Shown one piece after another: positions 63,897 to 64,000 of a stretch of DNA of 64,000 nt (position 1 is the stretch's first letter; each line of letters begins with the position of its first letter). A program made the translations under genes and the position numbers. Under the pieces are notes generated by a model. That model saw nothing but the letters and a program-made list of their open reading frames with translations, ran no database searches and was not told the origin of the DNA. Source of the stretch: Macrostomum lignano (Eukaryota); contig NIVC01001597.1 of the NCBI GenBank assembly GCA_002269645.1, positions 124,001-188,000 of the forward strand, given 5' to 3'.

Positions 63897-64000
63897 TTAA
63901 TTATTTTTGTTATTAACTAGCAGTGACATGCGACGTTGGAAATCGCTTCTTTTTTCTTTGTGTACTGGCTTTAAAGCATGCTTCAATTTTTGTCGATTTT

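Overview
Eukaryotic (animal) genomic DNA, not prokaryotic: spliced genes with GT-AG introns, about 35 distinct mini/microsatellite arrays, and several transposable elements. The one-satellite-per-intron landscape resembles Macrostomum-type flatworm genomes; this is inference only, and the species cannot be read from the sequence. Genes built by hand from splice sites and reading frame: (1) terminal exon of an LRR(CT)-Ig single-pass membrane protein (+, ~10183-11133, upstream exons not resolved); (2) a complete 3-exon cation-type Cys-loop receptor, nAChR-like non-alpha subunit (+, 35489-38209, 430 aa); (3,4) two tandem 16-exon anoctamin/TMEM16 paralogs on the minus strand (41343-49758, ~1060 aa; 52203-63896, ~976 aa) with identical intron phases. 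Mobile DNA: a three-layer nested DNA-transposon stack with target-site duplications (31395-34262), a tRNA-derived SINE family with a conserved core (6 copies), a 5'-truncated RNase H-bearing LINE, and a dispersed element carrying a 20-bp minisatellite. Most long ORFs in the supplied track are artefacts of tandem repeats. I found no single clear-cut new system. The best leads are the nested TE stack, the SINE family, the satellite-carrying element, inverted satellites (including a pair flanking one anoctamin exon), and divergent gating or ligand residues in the anoctamins and the Cys-loop subunit.
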